NCBI GenBank assembly: GCA_044892505.1
Contig: CM097882.1
Coordinates: 390,166,001 to 390,230,000, forward strand
DNA length: 64,000 bases
Direction: 5' to 3'
Source: Schmidtea nova
Taxonomy: Eukaryota
Shown in pieces: positions 13,029 through 25,969 of this stretch. The position numbers were made by a program, and so were the translations under genes. Every line of letters starts with the position of its first letter. Position 1 is the first letter of the stretch. Under the pieces are notes generated by a model, which made no database searches, had not been told where the DNA came from, and saw only the letters and a program-made list of their open reading frames with translations.

Positions 13029-13246
13029 ACCTCTAATAACTAAATCCGCATCAAGACGGACTTTCCAAAAACTGTGATAGCATGAACATCTAAACCGTTA
13101 TCCATAAGATTTTCTTGCCACAATTTAGTCAAATAGTAGGCTATGCATTAGTTTTTTAAATTTGTATAACGGTCCGTTATAATAGTGCATCAGTTCGAAG
13201 TGCGTTTTTTAAGAGAAAATTGAAAAGAAATTGTGGCATTAGAGGG
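13029..13246. mobile_element. piggyBac-type MITE
   Basis: TTAA on both sides; imperfect TIR ACCTCTAAT / CCCTCTAAT. Confidence 0.55.
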
Positions 13247-14589
13247 TTAAGCAATCATCGCAGAGGCCTCCTATTTGGTTGGATATAGGTCGCCCACCAG
13301 AACGACTGGCTTGCCTTATTAAAAAATTAACGGAACCCACCCACCCTAATATATTTTAAAATAAAACACAAATAAAATTTTTATCATTTTTTTGCCAAAA
13401 AGCCTCTGATTTTATCTAAAATTAATGAATTATTGAAATTACAAATAAATTATCATTTCTAGATGTTTCTCTCGGACCGTTGAAATAATTATCTAAAATA
13501 AAAATTTAAATAAATATTACAAATCGAATATGTTTTAATTAATTGTTTGCATTGGAAAGCATATATTTAAAAATAATAACAAAATTTACTAAAATACTTT
13601 TACTAAGCTAAATTATCAAAACTAAAAGTAATTTGTTTTAAATAATAATTTTCCTATTAGTGCGAAAATTTAAAAAATGTTATAAAAAAGTCAATTTAAA
13701 ATTATTACTAAAATTAATTATTATTAATTTACTAATTAAATTTGTTGATATTAATAGTTTTCTTTAAAATGTAAAAAATTTTCTAAAATATCACATAATA
13801 TATGTTATTTGTTTTTATAAATTGACTTGAATTAAAAATGCCTACAAAAATTGATTAATTAACTTAAATTGAATTATTTTTCCTATTTAATTGCTTCGAA
13901 ATAATTCTCTTTAAAATTAATTACTTTAATTAGATTTATGTCAGTCTTTATTTAGAAAATTAATTACTTAGCAAATATTATAGATTATACTTACCTAACC
14001 AACATAACCAATATTCACTTCTCTTTTCTCCATATAATAAAAAACCTAAATAATCAAAATTAAAAGTACATTTATAAATTAAAAATAAACTTACAATTAT
14101 CCAATTTCATTTAAAAATAAATATCTAAATAAAACGTAAAATAATTATTAAAAATTAAAAAGTTTTTTACTTTCTATTTTGAATATTATCTAAAATAAAA
14201 TAATTAATTTGAAATAATAAAACAAAAAGACTTACTTGATTAATTTAAAATTTTATTTTTAATATGTTTTACTTAAAATTTTCATAAAACTAAATTAAAC
14301 TTATAAATTAAGGTAAACTATAATTTGTAATATAACATAATTTAATATAATATAATAAATTTTTATTTAATAATTTGCAATCTAACTTATATTAAGATTT
14401 TATTTTAGAGTTTGCAAATAAATATTAATTTACTTTTCAATTTACTTTTAAATTTATTTTTCAATTAATTTACTTTTCAATTGTCTAATTTTTATGAAAA
14501 TTAGGAGTTTTTAATAAAAGTGGTTCCTGAATGACCTAATTAATATCAGTTAAACATGTCGGAGTACGTAAATATTGTGTCCAAATGGC

Positions 14590-15090
14590 TATATTTATGT
14601 GTTTTATCAAACATTGGGATTTGAGAACCCCGTGTATCAAAGCTGATGGCGACATCTTATTACACAGACTTCGATGGGTCAAAGATGATATCGACACATA
14701 ATTGGTTGTTGAATGTTAATGGATGGGATCGTAACTGTACTGTAGTTAATATTTTATATAAAAAGTATCACGCACATGTGTTTTATCAAACATTGGAATA
14801 TGGGAACTGAGTCAGTCAAAGATTATAAGCGAATGATGACATCTTATTACGTGGACTTTGATGGGTCAAATATGATATCAACATATTATATAAATACTTG
14901 TTGAATTTTAATGGATGGGATCGTAATTGTACTGTAATTAATATTTATCACAAATTAACATACACGTGTGTTTTTATCAAACATTAGGGTTTATTTTGTC
15001 GGATTTTGGAACCGTATGGGTCAAAGCGGATAAGCGAATGGAGCAATCTTATAACATGGAATGAGATGGGTCAAAACTAATAGAATAATG
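14590..15090. repeat. ~185-bp tandem repeat, about 2.7 units
   Basis: TGTTTTATCAAACATT at ~14600, ~14780 and ~14970; GATGGGTCAAA and AATGGATGGGATCGTAA recur. Confidence 0.85.
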
Positions 15091-15855
15091 ACTGTATCAT
15101 GGGATAGATCACAGTTATAGTATAAAGTTTTAATGTATTGATTTGTAACTGTCAGGTGAATTTCTTAGTGAAATGATACCTGTTAAAGATTTTGTGCTTA
15201 TTTTTTAGTAAACATTTTGTCGTTTTTTAGTGATATTTGGCTTTCATTTGATAGCAAATACTGGTCTTTAGAGTAAATCGATGAGGTTTATGCAATAAAT
15301 TGCACACACTCACAAATACATTGATTCAATCATCACCACAAGTTGTAATAGTTGACATGTTTTTCTAAAATATTTCAGATAATTATAATGAAAGGTTACG
15401 GTTGATAATGAAGCATGGTGGGTATACATTTGTATTCGAGAAATGATTGTGACATGTATGAGTCATGTGTTCATTATTCACAATATTCCTTTGTTGAATT
15501 GCATACCTATGTGAGTCACTTCATGTTTGTTGTACACATATTGCATGCAAATTGTTTTACTAATATCCCGAAATTATAAAATTAAACACTGAAATATTTT
15601 TAATAAAAACTTTAATAAAAAAGACAAATTGACTGATTTATTAATTATCCACATTGCATGTGAAATGATATTTTCTCAACTCATTTCTCAAAATGATAAG
15701 TCATCAACAGATCAATGCAGTTTTTAAATCAGTAAGCACATCGATACAGTACTGCCGGAAGTTTCACATCAATCGTCTTCATAAATGATTCATTAAAATA
15801 ACATTCGGATCGATCCCAGTTGCCATCAATATTCGAAATGGCATAATTTCTGGAG

Positions 15856-15859
<4 letters not shown>

Positions 15860-15904
<45 letters not shown>
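15860..15904. repeat. (TA)n microsatellite
   Basis: Direct reading. Confidence 0.95.
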
Positions 15905-15907
<3 letters not shown>

Positions 15908-16429
15908 ATTCTTTTAGTTGATAAAGATCTTGGATATTAAAATTTGCGTCATATTTTCCTAAAATTCAAATTTAAAATGAAAATAATTAAAATTTGTCAT
16001 TTGATGTTAAACTTGACATTGAATGAAAAAAATGGTATTTATTTATCAGAGTAAATATTGTTTTAATTGATATGTGTAAAAATGATAGTTTACTGGGTAA
16101 CATGACCATTTCTAGCAAGGTAACATCTTTCTCATGGTCATTATCAAATATAGTAAAATTCATGTGATAATATATTGGTTTGAAAATAAGCTTTTAAGCA
16201 AAAAGACCATCACAAAATAGATTAGGTTACCAAATGTTCTGCTATCAAGGTTTATGATATAATTTTATAGTACACAATTGTCAATTTTCCTTTAGAAACA
16301 GTATATTTGTTATTAAAAATATGTTCAAGTGGAAAGCTTTTGGTCTCAAAAACCATCACAAAAAGGGTTCTGTTACCAAAGATGCTGCTACCAAGGTTCT
16401 GTCACTATGATAGATAAATGAAGAAAAGC

Positions 16430-17300
16430 ATCACACGAGACTTGGTGGGTAAATACCCATAATAAATTATCATAATATAGAAATCATTACACACAAAATA
16501 TTTTATACACTATAGTACAAACACACACACACACAAAATATATAAAAATTTATGATACACAGAAATATTATCATCACAGTATAGTGCAAAACACACATGA
16601 AATATCATTACATACAAGAATTACACACAAAGGATATCATTACATACATAGAAAATAAACACACACATACAAAATATAATCACAATATGTCATCATACTA
16701 TAGAGTAATAAGAAAAAAAATATCAAGAATACATAGAAATTCATCACACACAAAATATCATCACATATATGAAATTTCATCACAAAATGTCATCATACTT
16801 TAGTGCATTAACATTGAAAATACACCAAAAAATCATCAAAAGTACACACAAAATATCAGGAATACTAAGGAAATTATCAAGAATTCCAAACAAAATATCA
16901 AAAATACATAGAAATTCATCACATACACACAAAATCATCAGAAATACACAAAATATTTAAAACACATGAAAATCATCAAAGATACACACAAAATATCGAA
17001 TATACAGAAATTCATCACAAACACAAAATATCATCACATATATGAAGTATCATCACAAAATGTCATCATACTATAGTTCTATAACATAGAAAATATATCA
17101 AAAATCATTAAAAGTACACACAAAATATCAGAAATACATAAAAATTTACCACATATACAAAGTATTATTACATACATGAAATATCATCACAGTGACAAAG
17201 AATACATAGAAAATACATAGAAAACACATAGAAAATCATCAAAAATACAGATAAAATATCAAAAGTACATAGAAAATCATCACACACATCAGAATTTGTC
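16430..17300. repeat. A/C-rich degenerate minisatellite (CATAGAAA..CATCAC..CACACAAAATATCA)
   Basis: Many recurring short motifs, with a higher-order repeat at ~16730 and ~17005. The ORFs here are low-complexity artefacts. Confidence 0.85.
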
Positions 17301-17479
17301 ATTGAAAGTATATGTAAATATTGTGAAATGTATGTTCAAGTGAGAAGCTTTGAAACCTATCACAATTTGTGTCTGTTACTGGATAATATTAAAACATTGT
17401 GATAATGTAATTGATTAAAGATCATGATGGGTTATATTAATGAATAATATTGATTGTAACAATATTAACTATATCTGAG

Positions 17480-18310
17480 TATTAAGCTTTGGCAGATAAA
17501 AACCCGAGTAATTATCTTGATAAGAATTACTTTAAACTCTTGAATAACAGCCTATATGGTAAATCTGGCGAAAATCTGAAAATACGGATGAATTTGAGAC
17601 TATGTAATTCATCTGAAAAGATGATTATATATTCTTCAAAGCCGTCTTTCAGAAAGTCTATCGAAATTGATGATGATCTAATTGCAGTACACCTGAATAA
17701 AAATTAAATATGTTTAGATAGACCTAGTTATATCGGTCAAACGGTACTAGATCTATACAAACTGCGGATGTATAGGGATCTCTTTGATTGTACTATAGGC
17801 ATTGTTGCTGGCGACTGACTCGTTCTTTCTTGAGGTCTAAAACTGTAAACTTACCACACTTTTACCGGCAATGATTTCAGATTGTCTTTTAGAAATATCT
17901 AACTATGATCACGACCATCTCTTATATTTACGACATCTTGACTCTGTTATAGGTAAATTTAGGGATGACAGTACGCCCGAAATATTATAGCCTTCTTGGC
18001 GATGTTGAATCCAATAAAGTCAAGGGGTTTAAATTTATAGGCACTAACATCAAGCATCAATCTTATATTGATTGCTATCTTAATGATCGAATATTTACTG
18101 TCACATAAACTCGTATAGGGAATAAAAATCATCAACTTTTCACAATTAAAAATAATAAAATCGCACTTAGCAATAACGACGATAAGCGCCAATGGGTTGA
18201 GAGGAATGGAAGTCTTGCATTTGGGCATAATTTGGGATTCAATGCCTGAACTGATGGCGATAATATTCCGCCCGAAGAATTGCCGGATCCTTAACCAATG
18301 CAGATGGAAC
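17480..18310 (+). pseudogene. Protein-primed PolB C-terminal fragment (divergent Polinton subfamily)
   Basis: KNYFKLLNNSLYGKSGEN (motif B), LDRPSYIGQTVLDL, a frameshifted GDTDS motif and VIGKFRD. Contains stops and frameshifts. Confidence 0.9.
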
Positions 18311-18669
18311 AAGATTCATGGCGACAATATAGTTTTCAAAAATAAAAGTTTACTTTTTTAAAAGATTTTGTTATTTTTAAAGTTTTTTTATTGTTTGTTT
18401 TATATAAGAACCTGTGTAAATATTAAATGTTTTTATATAGGGACCAGTAACATTTTTTCATACCATAATTGTTTGGTATTAATTGATTATTTTATAAGTT
18501 TTCTAAGATAGAAATATTATAAGANNNNNNNNNNNNNNNNNNNNNNNNNNNNNNNNNNNNNNNNNNNNNNNNNNNNNNNNNNNNNNNNNNNNNNNNNNNN
18601 NNNNNNNNNNNNNNNNNNNNNNNNNNNNNNNNNNNNNNNNNNNNNNNNNNNNNNNNNNNNNNNNNNCTT

Positions 18670-18980
18670 ATCTTTGTTAATATTGTAGCTTGATTGCATT
18701 GCCTTTACTAAACTTGCACTTACAATGCCATGTGAGTCACAAAGTGTTGTGACACTTAATAGTTAATTCTGACTTAGAAAAAATGTTCAAGTTTTTTATA
18801 TTTGAGCTACTTAATTCTAACATAGGAAAATTTTGAAAATTATATTTGACCTACTTAATTTTGACGTAGAAAAATTTGTAAATTTATAATTATTATTGAC
18901 TTACTTAATTCTAATTTAGAAAAACTTTAAAAATTATATTTGACCTACTTAATTTTGAAATAGAAAAATTTTAAAAATTA
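18670..18980. repeat. Inverted homolog of 3940-4400, including a TGACCTACTTAATT array
   Basis: AAACTTGCACTTACAATGCCATGTGAGTCACAAAGTGTTGTG matches the reverse complement of 4300-4350; five or more TGAC(C/T)TACTTAATT units follow. Confidence 0.85.
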
Positions 18981-19088
18981 TTGTTGTATACAATTTAGTT
19001 GTCGATAGTTACACAGTCAGCCAATCGAATTCGAGTATTTATCAAAAGAAAATACTATAAATACCACATCTTTGAAAATATAAATCTA

Positions 19089-19550
19089 ATGTTATGCAAT
19101 ATAAATTATAAAGGTAAATGTTAAGTTCCTGGCATGATATTCCCGGGCGGAAAACCTCAACAAGTTGTAGATAGAATCAAAAAGTATCCCATCATATTTT
19201 TCAGATCAAGGAACTGTCGAATAATGGGGTGTAAACAACCGTTTATAATTGGAGATTTACCATACAAAATAAAAGATATTCAATTACAATTGAGAACTGA
19301 TTTAAATGAATTGACAAGAAATAACAATTGTATTTATGAACCAGAAATATTCTCCGGTTTGAGCGTGCTGAAATTTTATCCATTATGTGTTAATGTATTT
19401 ACCAGTGGTAAAATAGTTATACTTGGAATAAAAACTTTAGAATATCATGCTCTAGTTCATGAAATTGTAAATTATATAAAATCAATGATTATTGATCCTA
19501 TATTGATGACATATAAGATATTTCTAGAGTTTTTGCTTGATATTGAATAA
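19089..19550 (+). CDS. Compact TBP-like protein (Polinton-borne), mildly degenerate copy A
   Basis: YEPEIFSGL..F.PLCVNVFTSGKIVILGIK resembles TBP repeat 2; NINYKG..PIIFFRS..RIMGCK resembles repeat 1. In-frame TAA at 19122-19124, then open for 138 aa. CTATAAATA lies ~30 nt upstream. Confidence 0.75.
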
Positions 19551-21286
19551 TTGTTTTATAAATTAAAAATTTCATTACAATTTGTTTGTTTTAATTAGAA
19601 ATTATATTAGTTTTTCCGGGGACTTTTTGTTATTTTAACTTTAAAATTCATGTTTAATTATTACTTTTATTGTAACTTTTAATTAAAATAATAATAAAAA
19701 ATATAAGTATTTTCTATTAAATTGCTTTCTTTTTGAAAACTTATATTTGTAATTCATATTTAATTACTTCTGTTATTGTTAAAGTAATGATATTACTATG
19801 TAATTAATTTTTTATTAATTTGATTTTTCATTTAATTGAATTCTTATTAAAATTTCTACTTTAAATTCTTATTTAAATATATCTTTATTAATTTTTAATA
19901 CGAATTATATTACTCTCTCTATAAAATTTTAATTATTTTTAATATTTTATTCAAAGTAGTAAGCTTTATCCTAAGATTTGATAAATTAATTTAAAACTTT
20001 TAAAATTAATTGAGAACATTGTTGTAAATTTTGTATTCAACTAACAATTTAATTTAAAATTATCCTGAATGTATTCGTAATTGATTTATTGTTTTCCTCT
20101 AAATTTATACTTATATTTATACTTATTATTTTAAGAAATAAATTATCTATTTTCTTATGAGAATTTATATCAATTTAACTTTGATTGATGTTCACCATCT
20201 AGTACATGAAAAGTAGTAGTATCCAGTAAATAATATTTCTTATGTGATGATTTTAGAGCATCGAAGTTTGTGTCAGTGTCTAGTAATACTCATGTATTGA
20301 AAGAGTATACTTGAATTTATCAAAAATATAATTAACTTCTTAGCTTGTTAGTTATTTGATTAATAGTTGATTATTTAATTATCTGGTATTGATTGATTGA
20401 TGGGTAGTTATTTTGTAACTGGTTATAAATTTGAAAAATTATCATTTTTATATTCAATGTAGTTATCTTTTAATTAAAATTTATTACATTTGTTTCCTTA
20501 TTAAATGAATTTTATTTGTTTCTTTAAATTATTTTGTACAATGTCAATAACTATATTTGATCTTTCATTGTAAACTTACTCATTTTATTATTTTTTTTAC
20601 TTACAAATAATTGTATAAGTGCAAACCAATTTTGTTTGATTTTGACCATTGAGTATTGTTTTTTTAGAAAAAGAAGGTTTATACGCTTATTATTTGTAAT
20701 TTAATTAAAAATATATTTAATTATTTAAATATTAACTAAACAATTTAATTTATTTAAAAATGTACAAAGACACTTATTAGTAAGGGATTAGTTGATTGAT
20801 AGGTAGTATATATTGAGACCAATGTTATTTTGATGACTAATTGAAAATTAGTGATTGTGTAAAACTATTTGTTAGTTTTTAATGGTACGTTTATGTGTGT
20901 AGAGTGAATCGATAGTTGATTGGTAGCAGATTGATGTGAAGAGCTTGTTATTTAATGTGTATAAGTAGTTGGTAGCGAGTACTTGATTTATTTGTTAACT
21001 GATTTAGAGCTATTAGTTTAACAGTTCAATCCCAAAGTATTACCGTCATTACGCCTACAGAAATTTATTCCCACGTGTATCAATATATTTTCAAACAGCA
21101 AAAATGCTATGCTTGTAATTTAAACTTTGGATTATAAAAATTATGTGGAAAATATAATAAATGAAATAAATACAATAATTTATTAAATAAATTTTGTTTG
21201 TATTAATTTTTAGTCCTTGATTTTAAAAATTTGAAAATTTCTAAAAGAAATAGTATTTTTTACTTTTATATTAATTTATTCTTTAG

Positions 21287-21618
21287 TTTATTTGTTCGAA
21301 GTAGTTCTCAAGAGTATCCAAGAATTATACTCAAAGATTCAAAGTAATCTCGATTATTGTGCCCCCGAGTTATTGGTACACAAAATATACCATTACACAA
21401 AGTTCAATATCGAGCAGTTGCTCGAAATGCATTATGATATGATTCTTTGGGCTGACATAAGTGTGTCAAAAATTGCATTGTATGTAAAGATTTAATGTGA
21501 GATTCATGTACCAATGGATGTGCTGTTTGTCATGACTTTAAACGACAACAATTACTACATATTTTGGTTACCCAAATGCGAAAGGCATACTATGATGACC
21601 TCCACAATACAAAGTAAT
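21287..21618 (+). pseudogene. Uncharacterised pseudogene exon (LDYCAPELLVHKIYHYT plus Cys-rich tail), paralog of 1605-1810
   Basis: Same CTTTAG|TTTATTT acceptor context. After a frameshift it continues KCVKNCIVCKDLM.DSCTNGCAVCHDF. Confidence 0.6.
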
Positions 21619-21729
21619 TGTTGAAGATTTCCATGGATAATGATTTATTTTTAAAATACTTTGTTGTTTTTATAATTTTATTTTTATGAATTCTTTATTG
21701 TTGGTCGTTAAATTGAGCATTTTGGTATA

Positions 21730-22100
21730 TATATTATTGAATTCTGACCATTTATAAATTTTTGGAAATTCCCCGAGTCGATCCTTTTAACGTGTAAAAT
21801 TTGATTGGGTGAAACAAAGTTTTCATGTTTTTACTTTTTGACCTTTTCTTTTGTCCACGTTAAATTCTCAGTAGATTGGAAAAAAAATTATTGAATTCTG
21901 TCCATTTTCAAAATTTTTCTAAATTACCTGAGTCGACCTTTTCTACATATAAAATTTGGTCGGATGAGACAAAATTTTCATGTTTTTACTTTTTGACCCT
22001 TTTTTGTTCGCCATTCAATTCTCAGTAGATTGGTATAAAAAATTATTTAATTCCGAGCATTTTTGGAAATTCCCGGAGTCAATCTTTTCACATGTAAATT
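21730..22100. repeat. ~152-bp tandem repeat, about 2.4 units
   Basis: ATTGAATTCTG.CCATTT and TTTTCATGTTTTTACTTTTTGACC and TTCTCAGTAGATTGG recur with that period. Confidence 0.85.
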
Positions 22101-22299
22101 GATCGCGAACATCAAATTATGAATTTTGTTGAAAATATTAATTAATTTTAAAGATTTTGAAAAGATTTATAAAAAAAATTATTATTTTTATAATTTTTAC
22201 TAAAATTTTGAAAAGTAAAATAAAAGCAAATAGAAATTATTAAATTTCAGTATCAGGTCATTGGTTACGTAAGAATTAAGCTATTATGTTTTTAAGTGC

Positions 22300-22550
22300 T
22301 ATATACTAGCTACGAAAGAGTTAAGTATCATAAAGTATTTCATAATTCCGGTAGTGTTATGGGACAGTTACGTAATATCTACGTGAATTGGGAAGTTTTG
22401 TGTAATAAATACGTAATGATCACATAATAATTACATAACATATATGTTATTATGTAATTCTTAAAAGCTACGGCTATCTTTTCAATTATTACGCAATATA
22501 TACAGTTTAGAGATAAATGGCTTGTACTAGACCACTTACTTCCCCCTACT
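22300..22550 (-). mobile_element. Putative Polinton terminus (reads AGTAGGGGGAAGTAAGTGGTCTAGTAC inward)
   Basis: About 70 nt are homologous to 29275-29342; 5'-AGTAG end. Confidence 0.6.
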
Positions 22551-22559
22551 ATTAAGAGC

Positions 22560-23350
22560 GATAGCAAGCGAGAAGCACCAATATGCTGACTCAAAAATCC
22601 TATAATAAATTTCAAACAAAGCTACTTTTTCCCCATCGAATGAGAGTCATTCAAGATAAATTTCTGAGCAACGGTCGTAACGGAAGATTTAAAGATGAAA
22701 ATGCAAGCCGAATGCAAACAGATCAATCACCAAATAAAGCCCAAAACGTAAACGACCAAGCGCCGAGAAAGGCCGAGAAAGGCCGATAAATGAATATAAA
22801 TCGAGATCGAGAAGAGCTCTAACCCAACAATTAAATTCTCCTCGTTGTAATAGCGTCGTTATCAAAAAAGCTATTAACAAATTTTACTAATAAATCATTG
22901 TTATAACTTGGAATAAATGTATTTGACTAATACTGCCTTCACTTTGTTTCATAGCAAAAGTGGTATCAACCCAAGGGTGCAACATTTCAGATAGAGCACA
23001 CAGCCTACCTTCCCGGTTAAGGATGACACGCGATAATAGCGAATTACCAAAATAAGTGACCTAAATTGGATGGTAGGTGTGAGGAGAATATCAGACCTTC
23101 TATCGGTTACAGGGAACCCGACAGAACGGCCAAATCTGGAGTAGTACTAACACTGGTGCTTAGCTACCGGTTTGGGTTCTACTGAAGTATGCAGGACCAA
23201 CGTGTAGATAATGAATCTAAATGGGCATATATCATGGGAATTTCTGTGCGTCGTCGTTCACCCCTAGGACGAGAATGAGTATCAACGAAAAGAGAACTAC
23301 GCCAGGCGACCAGCAATAATAATAAATAATTAACGCTGCTACCAAGGAAT
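22560..23350 (+). mobile_element. Possible LTR remnant with a tRNA-Met-like PBS and downstream leader
   Basis: ...CATAGCA AAAG TGGTATCA near 22950-22968; GC-richer than the flanks. No coding match recognised. Confidence 0.3.
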
Positions 23351-24305
23351 TACCATCTTATAATAATAATTTTAAAAAAAATTAAAATGAATGCTTTTAC
23401 AACTCAGAAATAAAATTTTGAAATAAAATTTTTTATAGCATTATTATTACTAATTATTCTACAATAAACAGAAAACAGATGTCATAACAAATAAAAATCA
23501 TTGCAGAGTTGAATATGAAAATTACGTTTCCATGGAAATATAATATGGTATTTCAATAAAACAGTTGAAATTTTCAAAAATTATATTTACAATACCATTA
23601 ATTTTTTCTAATTTAAATTGAAATTAATGTAGAAAGTCTGTTATTGTTGTTCTGTGATTTGACAGAGGCTTGCTAAAGATTGAAGCAACGAATTGGATGG
23701 ATTTTAAACAATCGCTTGATATGATTTAGAATTGTTAGAATTGCCTGCAGTATTTGTTTGCCGTTGATATCGTCATTCGAGTTTTGAGGAGATTCGATGG
23801 GAATTTCCACTGCAATCATTTCTACACTATATGAGGTTTAAATTTATCAAGTCTTGTTAAAATGATATTCTTATTTTTATACTTCTCAACAATATATTTG
23901 TACAATTTATCCCATTTTTTATAAAAAAGTTAATAGTAAAGAAATATTAAAAAAATAATTTCAAAACAAAAAAATAATTTCATAACAAAAAAATAATTTC
24001 AAAACAAAAAAATCATGAAATATTATTTTTGGCCTTTACCGATTTATAATAATTTATAAAAAAAGTTTTAATTTAATTTTTCAAATTATTTTAAATCATA
24101 ATCATTTTTTTTATAAATATTTTTTAAAAAAACGGAAGATTTAGAAATATTTTCAATGTTACTTTATTGAATAAAACTAGACATCTGTCAATAAACTAAA
24201 TCATAGAAATATACCAGGGCAAATGAGATGCATCGTTTTACAGACCAATAAATTTTCCATAATTTTTTCTCATTTATAATTTGTATTTATTTAAATTATA
24301 AATAT

Positions 24306-25240
24306 TGTTGGATTTTATTAATGAATCGGTAATAATGTCTGACTCTTCGTGCTTTTATTTTAGAAATAATCAAATCACCCAAAACAATAACTTTTATTTA
24401 ATCTAGCACAATGATTTACAATCGTTAATGACACTTTTTTGTCTGCACTTTCACTTCGATAGGATGAATATCCTAATGCGAAATCCTCTTTATTGTAAAC
24501 TGATTAAATTTAATTCGCTTATACTATCACACTTTCGATTTCTTACCTCTTTTTTATTTTTGAATTCTCTTTGATCAACTGGCGACTTTTAGAATTCTAA
24601 CTTTGTTTATATAGTGACTACTGTCACTTGAGTTGATTGGGCTCTAATTGAATTTTTGATGATAATCTCGAATTTTCTATTTTATCTTTCAGAATTTCGC
24701 AAATCAATTATATTGCTTCTGGGTTTTCAATAATTTTTTTTGGTTAATTAAATCACTTTGTTGATCATTCGAGTTTTTATCTTTACAACGAGGTTTCCAG
24801 ATGGTTAATAAGGCCTTGGTAATTGGGCCAACTGTTGACTCCGGGCCTTCTTTTTAGTTATCTTATTGCTTTAGTAATTAGATAATTTTGTTGATGACTC
24901 GAATTTTCCACACTGCTAGGGTTTTTTATTGACTGGGGTTTCTCGTTTGCTCGGGTTTTCTATTAGGTAATTAATTTTTAAATAATTTTTTTCTTAATAT
25001 TTCTTTTTAAGAATCCTTCCCTCGTTGATTTTATATTATTATATTTGGATTTATCTCATCATTTGGCATTTGCTTATACCATTTTCCACAGCAAAATTTT
25101 TTTTAATTTTCTAAATTTTTAAATTATTTTGCATTTTATTGATTTGTACTTAGTTTTTGTTGTTTTTATTTTATTTCCTGCTTGTTTGGACAAATCCCAA
25201 TCACTATTTATAAATTTCAAAATACATAACTGTTAAATAC
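24306..25240 (-). mobile_element. Probable solo LTR; right boundary approximate
   Basis: The minus strand ends ...ATCCAACA and shares GTAAATCATTGT, AATAAA.GTT and GAGTCAGA with the LTR-like 59340-59465. Confidence 0.4.
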
Positions 25241-25969
25241 ATCAATACTAATAATATTAACTTTCAAAATATTTTTTGAAAAATGATTATCAGTTATTAA
25301 ACACAATTTTAAAGTCAAACAGAAAATAATAAAAAAATATTTAACTTTGTGATAATCTTGTTTATGTGTAATGTGCGTCACCCCTCATCGTTTTTTAGTT
25401 TGGTTTCTAGATATTTTGTAGGTGTTTAGTTATGCAATAAAAATAAATAACTGAATATAAAGGCCGTCAAATAACGGTTACATTTTTTTGAATTTATAAT
25501 TTTTTCTGAATTTTGATAATAATAAAAATAAGAATAAAAAATAACATTAAAAACTTAAAATTATTATAATTATACTAATTATTTTTAATAATAATATAAT
25601 AATAACTAAAATTACTTAAATTTAGATAAGTGTAGGACTGGGGAACGGACCTACATACACATATTTCTCTACATTAATCGTAGTACTTAGCTAACAATTT
25701 TTAAGTATTATTAATAAAAAAAATTTTAAGTTTTTAGTAATACATGTCGTAGCATTTTATAATTAATAAAAATATTTTAAGGAAAGAAATTTCACTCTTT
25801 GACCTTTTTGTCACATTAATTTCAAAAATAGATAAATCAGTAAATAAATTAGCATTTATCCAATATGCAAAAGGTGCAAAAAATCAACAAAAATCTCTTA
25901 TTTAAGCAATATGAATCAATAATATTATTTGAATATTTTTTGAATATTTTTTTCATTTTATCTCATTAA

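Noticed and set aside
19089-19550. Calling this the host TBP gene
   Set aside because: It is too short and divergent, with a degenerate first repeat, a homolog inside a Polinton and no introns.
21340-21380. DYCAPELL as a protein kinase subdomain VIII motif
   Set aside because: No HRD, DFG or other kinase motifs in the flanking sequence of either copy.
12056-22556. A single TSD-flanked Polinton from 12062 to 22550
   Set aside because: The flanks GAAATG and ATTAAG do not match; kept only as separate termini.
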